Source: Agreia sp.
GTDB lineage: Bacteria > Actinomycetota > Actinomycetes > Actinomycetales > Microbacteriaceae
Assembly (NCBI GenBank): GCA_044464485.1
Contig: JBIQLG010000008.1
Coordinates: 1,242-65,241, forward strand
Direction of reading: 5' to 3'
Length of the DNA stretch: 64,000 nucleotides
How positions within the stretch are numbered: the stretch's first letter is position 1; every line of letters starts with the position of its first letter. The notes under the pieces were generated by a model. It was not told the DNA's origin. It was given only the letters and a program-made list of their open reading frames with translations, and did not search any database. Made by a program: the position numbers and the translations under genes. Below, piece after piece: positions 9,527 to 20,490 of this stretch.

Positions 9527-10726
9527 ATGGCCGAAATATCTGAGGTTGTCTTTGTCGATGGAGTGCGCACTCCATTTGGCCGCGCGGGAGAAAAGGGAAT
9601 GTACTGGCAGACCAGAGCTGACGATCTCGTCTCCAAGGCGATGATCGGGCTTCTGGAGCGCAACCCATCCATTCCGCTCGACCGCTTCGACGACGTTGCA
9701 ATCGCCGCGACAACGCAACAGGGCGATCAGGGGCTCACGCTCGGACGCACGACAGCGCTTCTCGCCGGACTCCCCACGTCAGTACCCGGATATGCGATCG
9801 ACCGGATGTGCGCTGGCGCGATGACGTCGGTCACCACGATTTCCGGCGCGATCGCCATGGGGATGTACGACATCGCTATCGCCGGCGGGGTGGAACACAT
9901 GGGACACCACCCCATGGGTTCCGGCGTCGATCCCAATCCACGTTTTGTGGCAGAGAAACTTGTCGACCCGGACGCGCTCAGCATGGGTGCCACGGCGGAG
10001 CGCCTGCATGATCGCTTCCCCCAGCTCACGAAAGAACGGTCAGATCGATTCGCGATGCACAGCCAGCACAAGCTGGCAAAGGCTTATGAAGAGGGAAAGA
10101 TCCAACCCGACCTCGTCCCCATTTCCATCAAGACGGAGGCAGGCTGGGGTCTTGCCGATCGGGATGAGGCTCCGCGTCCGGAAACCACGATGGAGGGCCT
10201 CGCAACTCTCAAAACACCGTTTCGACCGCATGGCCGCGTGACGGCGGGCAACTCCTCTGGTCTCAACGATGGCGCAACCGTGAGCATCATCTCCAGCGCC
10301 GCCGCCGCAAAGGAGCTTGGCGTGGTTCCGAAGATGCGCTTGGTGAGTTTTGCATTCGCCGGCGTCGAACCGGAGATCATGGGTATCGGTCCGATCCCCT
10401 CGACAGAAAAAGCATTGCGCAAGGCGGGCCTCACGATTGAGGACATCGGATTGTTCGAACTGAATGAGGCATTTGCCGTCCAGGTGCTGTCGCTTCTCGA
10501 CCATTTTGACATTGCGGATGACGACCCGCGCGTCAACCTGTGGGGTGGCGCGATAGCTATCGGGCATCCGCTCGCGTCCACCGGTGTGCGTCTCATGATC
10601 CAATTGGCTCGCCAGTTCGAGGAGCACCCCGAGGTGCGCTACGGCCTCACGGCAATGTGCGTGGGACTCGGTCAGGGAGGATCGGTTATTTGGGAAAATC
10701 CGCATTACAACGGAAGCAGAAAGTAG
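9527..10726 (+). CDS. fadA: acetyl-CoA C-acyltransferase (thiolase)
   Basis: 399 aa. Thiolase active-site Cys region ...IDRMCAGAMTS..., C-terminal ...NLWGGAIAIGHPLASTG... and ...MCVGLGQG.... Confidence 0.9.
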   Translation: MAEISEVVFVDGVRTPFGRAGEKGMYWQTRADDLVSKAMIGLLERNPSIPLDRFDDVAIAATTQQGDQGLTLGRTTALLAGLPTSVPGYAIDRMCAGAMTSVTTISGAIAMGMYDIAIAGGVEHMGHHPMGSGVDPNPRFVAEKLVDPDALSMGATAERLHDRFPQLTKERSDRFAMHSQHKLAKAYEEGKIQPDLVPISIKTEAGWGLADRDEAPRPETTMEGLATLKTPFRPHGRVTAGNSSGLNDGATVSIISSAAAAKELGVVPKMRLVSFAFAGVEPEIMGIGPIPSTEKALRKAGLTIEDIGLFELNEAFAVQVLSLLDHFDIADDDPRVNLWGGAIAIGHPLASTGVRLMIQLARQFEEHPEVRYGLTAMCVGLGQGGSVIWENPHYNGSRK

Positions 10727-10728
10727 CC

Positions 10729-12876
10729 ATGGCACCGACAGCTGGAAAATACGACGAGCTTTTCGCCCTTTCTGCGGATGAAGTGGTCACGCACTCGTTC
10801 GTGCGCGACATTCCGCTGTCCGGCGGCAAAGTCCTTGCCCTCGTCACACTGGACAATGGAAAGGACCACACTCGCCCCAATACTCTGGGCCCGTTGACAC
10901 TCAAGGAGTATGCCGAAACCCTCGATTCGCTTAAACGAAGGGCGAGCAACGGTGAAATCCATGGAGTTGCCGTCACGGGAAAGCAATACATTCTGGCCGC
11001 CGGTGCAGACCTCACGAACGCTGGTGAGATTCCGAGCCGAGACATTGCGCGGCAGCTCGCCCAGCAGGGTCACGCCGCCCTCGGCACCTTGAATGACATG
11101 GGAGTTCCGTCATTCGTGTTCATCAATGGGCTTGCCCTCGGCGGTGGTGTGGAGATCGCGCTCAACGCTAACTATCGAACCGTGGACAGCTCTATCCCGG
11201 CTCTTGCACTCCCCGAGGTTTTCCTCGGCATCATCCCCGGCTGGGGAGGGGCATGGTTGCTGCCGAACCTCATCGGCATCGAAAACGCCCTCAAGGTCAT
11301 CATCGAGAATCCGCTCAAAAACAACCGCACACTCAAAGCGCCTGAGGTTCTGGAGCTCGGAATCGCGGATGCGATGTTCAGCCCCGCGACCTTCCTCGAG
11401 GATTCGATTCGATGGGCGGACGACGTCATTTCGGGTCGCATCAAGGTGAAGCGAAAGAACGAGCCCGGAAAAATCGAGCGCGCCGTCAAGTGGGATGTCG
11501 CCATCAACATCGCCAGGAAGATGCTGGAAAGCCGAATCGGTACTGTCGCGAAATCGCCCTACGCGGCGCTGGAGCTTCTCAAAGCGGCCAAGAACACCGA
11601 TCGCGCAACCGGATTTGCCGCAGAAGATGAAAAGCTTTCCGAACTCATTACGGGCGACCAGTTCCGCGCGAGCATGTACGCCTTCAACCTCGTGCAAAAA
11701 CGTGCCAAACGACCTGCCGGCGCTCCCGACAAGTCGCTTGCCCTGCCCGTTACGAAGGTGGGAGTCATCGGGGCGGGCCTCATGGCAAGTCAGTTCGCGC
11801 TGCTCTTTGTGCGTCGTCTTCGCGTCCCCGTAGTCATCACCGATCTCGACCAGGCTCGGGTCGACAAGGGTCTCGACTACATTCGGGCCGAGATTGGCAA
11901 ACTCCTCGAGAAGAAGCGTATCTCCGGCGATGAGGCAAACCGCCTGAACGCACTCATTTCTGGCACCACGGACAAGGCCGATTTCGCGGAGTGCGACTGG
12001 GTTATCGAAGCAGTCTTCGAGGAGCTCGGCATCAAACAGGACGTTTTCGCCGAAATCGAGAAGCACGTTTCCGAGACGACAGTTCTCGCGACGAACACAT
12101 CGTCACTGAGCGTGGATCAGATTGGGTCGAAGCTTGCTCATCCCGAACGACTCGTCGGATTCCACTTCTTCAATCCGGTCGCGGTGATGCCGCTCATTGA
12201 GGTCGTTCGGGCTCCAAAAACGAATGATGCGACCCTCAGCACCGCGATGGTCACGGCTGCCGCGTTACGAAAGAACGCGGTCATCACAACGGATACGCCG
12301 GGATTCGTCGTCAATCGTATTCTCGCGAAGTTGCTTGGCGAGGCCATGCACGCCGTGGATACTGGCACGCCGTTCGAGGTTGTCGACAATTCCATCACGC
12401 CGTTTGGCTTGCCCATGACACCGTTCGAACTGCTTGAACTGGTGGGACTCACGGTCGGCGCCCATGTGCTCGACACCCATCATGCGGCTTTTCCCGACCG
12501 GTTCTTCGAAAGCGACAACCTCCACAAACTCGCAGAATATGGAAGGATTTTCGACCGCGACGCCAAGGGAAAGATCACCGGATTCGACAAGAAGGCGCAG
12601 GAAATTGTCTCGAGTGGACGCACCGAGGCGTCCATGAAGCCGATGACGGGCGACGAACTTCTTCGCCGCGTGGAAGACGGGCTTGCCGACGAAATCCATC
12701 GCATGCTTGAAGCGGGAGTCGTCACGGCTCCTGAGGACATCGACCTGTGCCTCATTCTCGGCGCCGGATGGCCGTTCCAGATGGGCGGAGTGACACCCTA
12801 CCTTGACCGGGTGGGGGCGTCAGAGCGGGTGTTCGGTTCGACGTTCCACAATCCGCCCATCCGCGGCGTCCAATAA
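10729..12876 (+). CDS. fadB: bifunctional enoyl-CoA hydratase / 3-hydroxyacyl-CoA dehydrogenase
   Basis: N-terminal crotonase fold (...FINGLALGGGVEIAL...) followed by an NAD-binding 3-HCDH domain (...VGVIGAGLMASQ...). True start is the ATG at 10729, 2 nt after the fadA stop. The ORF-track start at 10540 overlaps fadA. Confidence 0.9.
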   Translation: MAPTAGKYDELFALSADEVVTHSFVRDIPLSGGKVLALVTLDNGKDHTRPNTLGPLTLKEYAETLDSLKRRASNGEIHGVAVTGKQYILAAGADLTNAGEIPSRDIARQLAQQGHAALGTLNDMGVPSFVFINGLALGGGVEIALNANYRTVDSSIPALALPEVFLGIIPGWGGAWLLPNLIGIENALKVIIENPLKNNRTLKAPEVLELGIADAMFSPATFLEDSIRWADDVISGRIKVKRKNEPGKIERAVKWDVAINIARKMLESRIGTVAKSPYAALELLKAAKNTDRATGFAAEDEKLSELITGDQFRASMYAFNLVQKRAKRPAGAPDKSLALPVTKVGVIGAGLMASQFALLFVRRLRVPVVITDLDQARVDKGLDYIRAEIGKLLEKKRISGDEANRLNALISGTTDKADFAECDWVIEAVFEELGIKQDVFAEIEKHVSETTVLATNTSSLSVDQIGSKLAHPERLVGFHFFNPVAVMPLIEVVRAPKTNDATLSTAMVTAAALRKNAVITTDTPGFVVNRILAKLLGEAMHAVDTGTPFEVVDNSITPFGLPMTPFELLELVGLTVGAHVLDTHHAAFPDRFFESDNLHKLAEYGRIFDRDAKGKITGFDKKAQEIVSSGRTEASMKPMTGDELLRRVEDGLADEIHRMLEAGVVTAPEDIDLCLILGAGWPFQMGGVTPYLDRVGASERVFGSTFHNPPIRGVQ

Positions 12877-14808
12877 TTGCACCTCGGAGTGCAGCTGCTC
12901 GCCCATCGGTAGCGGTCTGGCCGCGGGAAGCTTGTTGCCCAAAACCTGGTCAACCACGTCGAGCGCAATCTTCCTTGCCGAAAGACCGGCGTACTCGAGG
13001 ATTTCCGCGCGCGACCCGTGCGGCAGAAATTCGTCAGGCAAACCGACTTCCGTGACGGCCGTGTCGACTCCAGCTTCGCGGAGGTCCTGCCGAAGTCTCG
13101 TGCCGACTCCCCCGACGCGCACCCCATCTTCGAGACACACCACGAGCCGATGTTCTCGTGCATAACCGATGACGCTCTCAGGAATAGGCACGACCCACCT
13201 CGGATCGATAACGGAGGCACCGATGCCCTGTGCCGCGAGTCGTTCAGCAACCTGAAGACCAAGCGTTGCCATCGCTCCGACCGAAACAATGAGCACGTCC
13301 TTGTGTTCGGCATCGCGCAGCAGGTCAACTCCGTCTTCGGTACGACGCAGCGCGCCGTGCTCGATGCCAACGGGCCCCTTGGGGAATCGCACAACGGTGG
13401 GTGCGTCGTCGATTGCGAATGCTTCAGCAAGCTCTTCACGCAGTCTCGGTGCATCCCTGGGAGCCGAGATTCTGATGCCCGGTACGATCTGCAGCAGTGC
13501 GAGGTCCCACATGCCGTGGTGGCTTGGACCATCAGGACCGGTGACCCCGGCACGATCCAACACAAACGTCACTCCCGCGCGATGAAGCGCAACGTCCATG
13601 ACGATCTGGTCGAATGCCCGATTTGCGAATGTCGCGTACAGCGCGACCACCGGATGCAGCCCGCCGAAAGCCAGTCCTGCGGCGGTGGTCACCGCATGCT
13701 GCTCGGCAATCCCCACGTCGAACACCCGGTCGGGGAACTTCGCAGCGAAAGGATGCAATCCCGTCGGTCGGAGCATCGCCGCTGTGATCCCCACGATGCG
13801 TGGGTTGCTGGCGGCTACGGCTACGAGTTCGTCGGAGAAGACCGACGTCCACGAAGGCCGGTCGCTGGTTTCCATGGACTCGCCCGTCTCGGCGTCGATG
13901 CGGCCGACCGCATGGAATTGATCCGCCGCATCCCGAAGCGCCGGCTCATAGCCGCGGCCCTTCTCGGTGATGATATGAACTATGACGGGAGCTCCATATT
14001 CCTTTGCCTGACGGAGTGCCACCTCGAGCGCGCTGATATCGTGACCGTCAATCGGACCCACGTACTTGATGTCGAGATTCGAATAGAGAGCGTCGTTGTT
14101 CCAGAACCGGTTGACGAAGCCGTGCGCGCCCGCACGCACCGCCCGATACACGGCCCGCCCCGGTGCCCCCAACATGGAGAAGGCCCTTTCGCTGGACGCC
14201 TGCAGCGTGCGGTACGAGCGGCGGGTGCGAATTCGGTTGAGAAAGTGCGCCATCCCCCCGATCGTGGGCGCATAGGAACGGCCGTTGTCATTGACGACGA
14301 TGACCAGCCTGCGCGCATTGTCATCGCTGATGTTGTTGAGCGCTTCCCAGGTCAGGCCACCGGTGAGGGCCCCATCGCCGACCACGGCGACGACGTGTCG
14401 CTGGCCCTGGCCCGTCATGGCGAACGCTCGTGAAATTCCGTCGGCCCAACTCAGCGACGTCGACGCATGGGAATTCTCCACGACGTCGTGCTCGGATTCG
14501 GCGCGCTGAGGGTAACCGGCGATCCCGCCGCGTTGCCGCAGCCCGCTGAAGTCCTGCCGCCCGGTGAGAAGTTTGTGCACGTACGTTTGGTGGCCCGTGT
14601 CGAAGATGATGGGGTCTGCGGGCGAGTCGAAGACGCGATGAAGCGCGATGGTGAGTTCGACAACACCGAGGTTGGGTCCAAGATGTCCACCCGAACGAGC
14701 CACCTCGCGAATCAAAAACTCGCGTATCTCTCCGGCAAGTCGAGTAAGGTCGCTCCTGCTCAGCGCATCAAGGTCTCGCGGGCACGTGATCGACTCCAGC
14801 ACGCTCAT
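12820..14808 (-). CDS. dxs: 1-deoxy-D-xylulose-5-phosphate synthase
   Basis: 662 aa. ...GHLGPNLGVVELT..., ThDP motif ...GDGALTGGLTWEALNN..., transketolase-like C-terminus. Its 3' end overlaps the fadB 3' end by 57 nt (convergent). Confidence 0.95.
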   Translation of the reverse strand: MSVLESITCPRDLDALSRSDLTRLAGEIREFLIREVARSGGHLGPNLGVVELTIALHRVFDSPADPIIFDTGHQTYVHKLLTGRQDFSGLRQRGGIAGYPQRAESEHDVVENSHASTSLSWADGISRAFAMTGQGQRHVVAVVGDGALTGGLTWEALNNISDDNARRLVIVVNDNGRSYAPTIGGMAHFLNRIRTRRSYRTLQASSERAFSMLGAPGRAVYRAVRAGAHGFVNRFWNNDALYSNLDIKYVGPIDGHDISALEVALRQAKEYGAPVIVHIITEKGRGYEPALRDAADQFHAVGRIDAETGESMETSDRPSWTSVFSDELVAVAASNPRIVGITAAMLRPTGLHPFAAKFPDRVFDVGIAEQHAVTTAAGLAFGGLHPVVALYATFANRAFDQIVMDVALHRAGVTFVLDRAGVTGPDGPSHHGMWDLALLQIVPGIRISAPRDAPRLREELAEAFAIDDAPTVVRFPKGPVGIEHGALRRTEDGVDLLRDAEHKDVLIVSVGAMATLGLQVAERLAAQGIGASVIDPRWVVPIPESVIGYAREHRLVVCLEDGVRVGGVGTRLRQDLREAGVDTAVTEVGLPDEFLPHGSRAEILEYAGLSARKIALDVVDQVLGNKLPAARPLPMGEQLHSEVQLLDAADGRIVERRTEHPL

Positions 14809-14851
14809 GAGCGGAATCCCTTCATCCGCTGAACCTCGTCATGCACCGAGC

Positions 14852-17560
14852 CTAAACGAGACTCCTCAGAACGAACTGAAGGATTCCGCCGTTGCGGTAA
14901 TAATCCGCTTCGCCCGGCGTGTCGATTCTTACCACTGCATCGAACTCGATCGGGGCCCGCCCGGGTGCGGAATGATCGGTGGGTGTCGCCGTAACCCGCA
15001 CTGTTCTTGGCGTAATTCCGTCATTGAGCTGTTCGAGACCGGCGATGCTGATGCTCTCCGTCCCGTCGAGCCCAAGGGATGCCCGGCCCTCACCTGCGGG
15101 AAACTGAAGCGGCACGACGCCCATCCCGATGAGGTTCGAACGGTGGATTCGTTCGAAGCTCTCTGCGATGACGGCGTGGACGCCCAGAAGGCTCGTGCCC
15201 TTTGCCGCCCAGTCGCGACTCGACCCCGAACCGTACTCCTTTCCGGCGAGAACCACGAGCGGGACTCCCGCCGCCAGATAATTCCGGCTCGCGTCATAGA
15301 TGAACGCTTGAGGGCCCTCCGGAGCCGTGAAATCTCGCGTGTATCCGCCCTCTACTCCTGCACCGGCGTTGGCGTCGGCCAGCAACTGGTTGCGAAGCCG
15401 AATGTTGGCGAAAGTGCCGCGAATCATCACTTCGTGATTGCCGCGCCGGGAACCGTAGGAGTTGAAGTCCTTGCGGTCAATGCCGTGCGCGGCCAGATAC
15501 TGGCCCGCCGGGCTGTCGGATTTGATGCTTCCCGCAGGGCTGATGTGGTCAGTCGTGACCGAGTCGCCCAGTGTCGCCAGAACCCTCGCGTGCGCGATGT
15601 CGGCGACAGGAGTCAGTTCCATCGTCATGCCATCGAAATACGGAGGCCGCCGTACGTAGGTGGAAGACTCATCCCATTCGAACAGCTCGCCAGCGGGCGT
15701 TGGCAACGATTTCCAGCGCTCGTCGCCCTCGAACACCCCGGCATACTGCGTGTCGAACATGCTGCTGTCAATGGATTCATCGATGGTTTTTTGAACCTCG
15801 GCGGCGTCTGGCCAAATGTCTCTGAGATAGACATCGGCACCTTCGGTGTCCTGACCGAGCGGCTGGGTCTCGAAGTCGAAATCCATGGATCCCGCGAGCG
15901 CGTATGCGATGACCAGGGGTGGACTTGCAAGATAATTCATTTTCACGTCCGGGTTAATGCGCCCCTCGAAGTTTCGGTTGCCGGAGAGCACCGCCGTGAC
16001 GGCGAGGTCATTCCTGTTGACCGCGGCGGAAATTTCCTCCTCGAGCGGGCCGGAGTTGCCGATGCACGTGGTGCATCCGTAGCCCACCAAATAAAATCCC
16101 AGATCCTCGAGGTAACCGTTCAGGCCGGCCTTTTCGTAGTAGTCGGTGACAACTTTGGAACCAGGAGCCAGCGTGGTCTTCACCCATGGCTTCGACGTGA
16201 GACCCTTTTGCGACGCGTTTCGCGCGAGCAACCCCGCAGCGAGCATGACGGAAGGGTTGGATGTGTTCGTGCACGAGGTGATCGCCGCAATCGCAACGGC
16301 ACCGTGATCCACGCTGAACGCGCGACCATCCTTCATCGACACGTCGGCGGGATTGGAGTGAGCACCTGAAACATAGGCGTCGAGATCTTTTTCGAACTGG
16401 CTCTTGGCTGCCGAGAGCTCGACACGGTCCTGTGGCCGTTTGGGGCCGGCGATCGAGGGAACGACCGTGCCGAGATCAAGCTCCAGGTACTCACTGAACA
16501 TTGGCTCCCGACGCGGGTCGTGCCACAGACCCTGCAATCTGGAGTATGCCTCGACGAGCTCGATTTGTTCTTCGCTGCGTCCGGTCAGTCGCAGATAGTC
16601 GAGAGTGACTTGGTCGATGGGGAACATGGCAGCGGTTGAACCGAACTCCGGGCTCATGTTCCCGATCGTTGCCCGGTTCGCGAGCGGGACCTGAGCGACC
16701 CCGGCCCCGTAGAATTCCACGAACTTGCCGACTACCCCGTGCGCACGCAGCATTTGCGTGATCGTGAGCACGACATCCGTTGCCGTAACGCCCGCGGGGA
16801 TGCTGCCGGTGAGCTTGAATCCGACGACCTTGGGGATGAGCATGGAGACGGGCTGGCCGAGCATGGCTGCTTCTGCCTCGATGCCGCCGACGCCCCAACC
16901 GAGCACGCCAAGACCATTGACCATGGTGGTGTGGGAATCCGTGCCGACGAGAGTATCCGGATACGCGGAGAGCACTCCGTCGACCGTGCGCGTCATCGTT
17001 ACGCGTGCAAGGTGTTCGATATTGACCTGGTGCACGATTCCCGTTCCCGGGGGAACAACCTTGAAATCGTCGAATGCCGTCTGCCCCCAGCGAAGAAACT
17101 GGTAACGCTCGCCGTTGCGTTCGTATTCGATCTCTGCGTTTCGCTCGAAAGCGTTTGCGGTACCGAAGAGATCGGCGATCACGGAGTGGTCGATGACCAT
17201 TTCTGCCGGCGCAAGCGGGTTGATTTTCTTCGGGTCCCCGCCGAGCGCAGCGACGGCCTCGCGCATGGTGGCCAGGTCGACGATGCAGGGAACGCCCGTG
17301 AAGTCCTGCATGATGACGCGGGCCGGAGTGAATTGGATTTCGGTGTCTGGTTCTGCTGACGGATCCCATGACCCCAGAGCCGAAATCTGTTCGGCGGTGA
17401 CGTTCTTGCCGTCTTCGGTGCGGAGTTGGTTTTCCAGCAGCACCTTGAGGCTGAACGGCAGCCGATCATGACCCGCAATTCGGTCAATCCGGAAAACCTG
17501 ATAGCTCGCGGAGCCGACGTTCACAGTGTCTCTGGCTCCAAAACTGTTGACTGACGACAT
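14852..17560 (-). CDS. acnA: aconitate hydratase
   Basis: 902 aa. Fe-S ligand regions ...[11 protein letters not shown]... and ...[11 protein letters not shown]..., full AcnA/IRP architecture. Confidence 0.95.
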   Translation of the reverse strand: MSSVNSFGARDTVNVGSASYQVFRIDRIAGHDRLPFSLKVLLENQLRTEDGKNVTAEQISALGSWDPSAEPDTEIQFTPARVIMQDFTGVPCIVDLATMREAVAALGGDPKKINPLAPAEMVIDHSVIADLFGTANAFERNAEIEYERNGERYQFLRWGQTAFDDFKVVPPGTGIVHQVNIEHLARVTMTRTVDGVLSAYPDTLVGTDSHTTMVNGLGVLGWGVGGIEAEAAMLGQPVSMLIPKVVGFKLTGSIPAGVTATDVVLTITQMLRAHGVVGKFVEFYGAGVAQVPLANRATIGNMSPEFGSTAAMFPIDQVTLDYLRLTGRSEEQIELVEAYSRLQGLWHDPRREPMFSEYLELDLGTVVPSIAGPKRPQDRVELSAAKSQFEKDLDAYVSGAHSNPADVSMKDGRAFSVDHGAVAIAAITSCTNTSNPSVMLAAGLLARNASQKGLTSKPWVKTTLAPGSKVVTDYYEKAGLNGYLEDLGFYLVGYGCTTCIGNSGPLEEEISAAVNRNDLAVTAVLSGNRNFEGRINPDVKMNYLASPPLVIAYALAGSMDFDFETQPLGQDTEGADVYLRDIWPDAAEVQKTIDESIDSSMFDTQYAGVFEGDERWKSLPTPAGELFEWDESSTYVRRPPYFDGMTMELTPVADIAHARVLATLGDSVTTDHISPAGSIKSDSPAGQYLAAHGIDRKDFNSYGSRRGNHEVMIRGTFANIRLRNQLLADANAGAGVEGGYTRDFTAPEGPQAFIYDASRNYLAAGVPLVVLAGKEYGSGSSRDWAAKGTSLLGVHAVIAESFERIHRSNLIGMGVVPLQFPAGEGRASLGLDGTESISIAGLEQLNDGITPRTVRVTATPTDHSAPGRAPIEFDAVVRIDTPGEADYYRNGGILQFVLRSLV

Positions 17561-17586
17561 TCGCGGGCCCCTTCGATCAGCGCAAA

Positions 17587-17604
17587 CTATCTTGACATCA
17601 AGAT
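17587..17604. promoter_or_regulatory. 18-bp palindrome (candidate operator) on the acn promoter
   Basis: TATCTTGA-CA-TCAAGATA, perfect 8-bp arms, in an AT-rich patch 27-44 nt upstream of the acn ATG (17560). A -10-like TAGTTT (minus strand, 17588-17583) overlaps its edge. SD GAAGGGG follows. Confidence 0.4.
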
Positions 17605-17614
17605 AAATATACCA

Positions 17615-18391
17615 TCAATCGCGTACCGGAGACTCCACGACACCCTCGCGCCGATAGACCGCGGTCACCAGGAGCCACGTGACCCAAAGCATTGCCGCGT
17701 AAAGCGGAACACCCATGAGCAGTTTCATCGCCGCAAGCAATTCGATGTTGCCGGAGAAGTACAGCGGGGCCTGGACAATGAGCCGAAGGGAAAATACACC
17801 TGTCCACAGCCACGTTGCCAGCGTCAGCACACGCCGCTTCGCCTTGTTCCTCCGCCAGGATGTCACATCATTTGTGAGGACTCCCGCGATGAGGCCGATG
17901 AGCGGCCATCGTAGAAGCAGACTTGCGAGCAGCACGACAACCGAAACGACATTGACGATGAGTCCCAACGCGAAGTTGTCTTCTGCGCGTCCGGTAAAGA
18001 GCGCAAGACCCGCGGAGAGTGCAATTCCCACGACGCCGGCGAACGCCTGTACGACGGGCGTTTTTGTTGCGAGACGGACGACGACGAAAACCAGCGCGAG
18101 TACTGCGGGAGCCACAACGGAAAGCAAGACTTGCCGGGTGATGGCATAGACGACCAGGAATCCAAGCCCGGGCAGGATCGCCTCGATCAGGCCGCGGACA
18201 CCGCCGACAGCAATGAGCAACGATCTCCCTGTGGGGACTTCGCCAGGCGCCACCTGTGCGAACCCTGCCCTGCGCACGGCGGAACCAAACGCCTCCGTAA
18301 ACGACGCCTCCACCTCCGGTGCGCCACGGTCATCATCGTCATCGCCCTTGGGTGCGTGCGCTCCGCCGGGGTGAGAACTTGGCACGGTCAA
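17615..18391 (-). CDS. DUF3159-like integral membrane protein
   Basis: 258 aa with multiple TM helices. Conserved position downstream of the DUF3710-like gene and dut. ATGA overlap with the upstream gene. Confidence 0.6.
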   Translation of the reverse strand: MTVPSSHPGGAHAPKGDDDDDRGAPEVEASFTEAFGSAVRRAGFAQVAPGEVPTGRSLLIAVGGVRGLIEAILPGLGFLVVYAITRQVLLSVVAPAVLALVFVVVRLATKTPVVQAFAGVVGIALSAGLALFTGRAEDNFALGLIVNVVSVVVLLASLLLRWPLIGLIAGVLTNDVTSWRRNKAKRRVLTLATWLWTGVFSLRLIVQAPLYFSGNIELLAAMKLLMGVPLYAAMLWVTWLLVTAVYRREGVVESPVRD

Positions 18392-19029
18392 ACGTCCATG
18401 GGGCCGGCGTTATCCGAACGGTTCGATGATTCGGGAATGGCCAGCGGAATGAGGTCTCTCGGGGGCATCGGGGTCGTGCCCCTCACGACGACGATGCTGC
18501 GGAACAGATCCTCCACCAATGCCGCGGCCTCCGGCTTTGTTACCGCGTCGCCCGCGATCACGCCGCGAAGAAACCAACGCGGACCATCAACTCCAATGAA
18601 TCGCGCGAGTCGTTTGTCGCCCGGCTGGTTTTGACCGGCCGCCGGAATCTCGGCAAGGAGCTCCGGGCCGAACGGGCCGACCGAGAGTTTGGTTGTTCCC
18701 CCTTGCTTGGCAATCTGCTCGGCAATCTGATGCCGGATTTCGTGCCAGAGCCCCGTGGAGCGCGGTGCAGCGAATGGTTGAACCTGCAGCGATGACCCCG
18801 CATAGTCCAGGCCGACGGCCACAACTCTCTGGCTGGATTCTTCGACTTCAAGTCGAAGCTGCAAACCTTCGCGAGGGAGAATTTTGACTCCACCGAGATC
18901 GACATAGGGGCGCACCGCGTTTGCTTCGCTCTCGTCCAGGGGTCCATCAGTCGAGCGATTCGCGGGAGCAGACTTCGCCTGTTCCTGCTCGTCCTTGCCA
19001 TCTTCACTGGCGTCTATTGCATCGTTCAC
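18388..19029 (-). CDS. DUF3710-like protein
   Basis: 213 aa with an acidic N-terminus. Conserved partner immediately downstream of dut in Actinomycetota; overlaps dut by 4 nt. Confidence 0.6.
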   Translation of the reverse strand: MNDAIDASEDGKDEQEQAKSAPANRSTDGPLDESEANAVRPYVDLGGVKILPREGLQLRLEVEESSQRVVAVGLDYAGSSLQVQPFAAPRSTGLWHEIRHQIAEQIAKQGGTTKLSVGPFGPELLAEIPAAGQNQPGDKRLARFIGVDGPRWFLRGVIAGDAVTKPEAAALVEDLFRSIVVVRGTTPMPPRDLIPLAIPESSNRSDNAGPMDV

Positions 19030-19502
19030 TGTCGTGCGCCTTCCTGTGTTCCCTGTGAAGCACGTGATCCCCGATAACCTGTCGACCCGAAACCGGACTC
19101 GCCGCGATGGCTTCCGGGGAGAGAGCTTACCGGCACGAATGTCGCACGCGAGACAGGCATCACAATGAGCTGCGCGATGCGATCACCGATCTCGATCGAG
19201 TACGGAGTCGATTTGTCCGTATTGAGAACCGTCACGCGGATCTCGCCGCGATAGCCAGCATCCACGGTCCCCGGACTGTTGACTATCGTGATTCCGTGCC
19301 GTGCGGCGAGGCCGCTCCTCGGCACGACGAATCCGACATAACCGTCGGGGAGAGCCAGGGAAACGCCGGTACCCACCGTGACACGCTCCCCCGGTGCAAG
19401 GATCAGCGATTCCGCCGCGCACAGGTCGGCTCCTGCGTCACCGGGGTGCGCGTATTCCGGCACATTCTCCGCCACGATGAGCACTTCAACTCGGTCAGCC
19501 AC
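19026..19502 (-). CDS. dut: dUTP diphosphatase
   Basis: 158 aa. ...GDAGADL..., ...PRSGLAARHGI..., ...GTVDAGYRGEI... trimeric dUTPase motifs. Confidence 0.95.
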   Translation of the reverse strand: MADRVEVLIVAENVPEYAHPGDAGADLCAAESLILAPGERVTVGTGVSLALPDGYVGFVVPRSGLAARHGITIVNSPGTVDAGYRGEIRVTVLNTDKSTPYSIEIGDRIAQLIVMPVSRATFVPVSSLPGSHRGESGFGSTGYRGSRASQGTQEGARQ

Positions 19503-19551
19503 GTATCGAGGTTAGTGCAGCACGAGGTTCAAAGTCTGATCGAATAGAGGC

Positions 19552-19995
19552 ATGACGATCTACCGCGAGCGACTCTGGGCTTCCGTATGGCTTTACATTG
19601 CCACCGCACTGGTGATTCCGGCCAGTCTGCTGGTTTTCTGGCCCATCAACGTTGGGGTCGGAATCGGCGTCGCCATTGCGCTGTATGTAGGGTGCGTTCT
19701 CTCTCTGCTGCTCGCGTCGCCGGTCATACGGGTCACCGACAGTGAATTCACGGCCGGGGGCGCCCGCCTTCCGCGAAAATTTGTCGGCACCGTCAGCACC
19801 TATCGCGAGCCGGAGGCGACACTCCAGCGCGGTCAGAAGTTGGATGCACGCGCATGGCTCGTGATTCGAGGCTGGGTTTCGCCCGTGGTCAAGATCGAAA
19901 ACACCGACCCCGACGACCCGACACCCTATTGGCTCGTGTCATCGCGGCACCCGGAAAAGCTCGAAACCGCGCTTTCGCCCGTGAAAAGGGACTAA
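19552..19995 (+). CDS. DUF3093-like membrane protein
   Basis: 147 aa with two N-terminal TM helices. Conserved divergent neighbour of dut. Confidence 0.6.
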   Translation: MTIYRERLWASVWLYIATALVIPASLLVFWPINVGVGIGVAIALYVGCVLSLLLASPVIRVTDSEFTAGGARLPRKFVGTVSTYREPEATLQRGQKLDARAWLVIRGWVSPVVKIENTDPDDPTPYWLVSSRHPEKLETALSPVKRD

Positions 19996-19996
19996 A

Positions 19997-20296
19997 TCAG
20001 CTTGCGCACTCGAGGCAGATCGCGCCCAGCTTCGTCTGGTGATCAATTTGCGAGCGATGCTTCACGAGAAAGCAGCTTACGCACGTGAACTCGTCTGCCT
20101 GCGGCGGCAGCACCACGACATCCAGGTCGAGGTCGGACAAGTCCGCCCCTGGCAACTCAAATCCACCGGGATTATCGGCATCGTCAACGTCGACCACACC
20201 GGACATCTTGTCCGGCACGCGTTCCTTGAGCGCCTCGATCGAGTCGGAATCGTCGTCGCTTTTTCGTGGGGCGTCGTAATCGGTTGCCATGCCCAT
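19997..20296 (-). CDS. DUF4193-like protein
   Basis: ...ATDYDAPRK..., an acidic middle region, and C-terminal ...EFTCVSCFLVKHRSQ...CLECA. are characteristic of this family. Start is the ATG at 20296 or 20290. Confidence 0.7.
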   Translation of the reverse strand: MGMATDYDAPRKSDDDSDSIEALKERVPDKMSGVVDVDDADNPGGFELPGADLSDLDLDVVVLPPQADEFTCVSCFLVKHRSQIDHQTKLGAICLECAS

Positions 20297-20490
20297 CCAC
20301 TTCTTGGTTGTGTTGTCTGATCAAATCGGCGGGGGTAGTTTGCATCAAATGGTCGGCAATAGCAAACCAAAACAGCAAATACTCGGATTCACCCCATACC
20401 GAACTCACGGCACGCCCGGCTTATTCCCGTAATTCAAAGGTTTTCCATGCCACGCTAAGGACAATCGCACGACGTGAAAGAGGCAAACTC

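Noticed and set aside
12820-12876. 57-nt convergent overlap of the fadB and dxs 3' ends; considered a frameshift or pseudogene signal
   Set aside because: Both ORFs are full length with intact conserved domains. The overlap only involves a non-conserved C-terminal tail of Dxs. There is no evidence of disruption.
13018-16369. Long plus-strand ORFs (471 aa at 13018-14433, 573 aa at 14648-16369) opposite dxs and acnA
   Set aside because: They are antisense to two unmistakable housekeeping genes. Composition is Arg/Pro/His-biased with no motifs. High-GC shadow frames.
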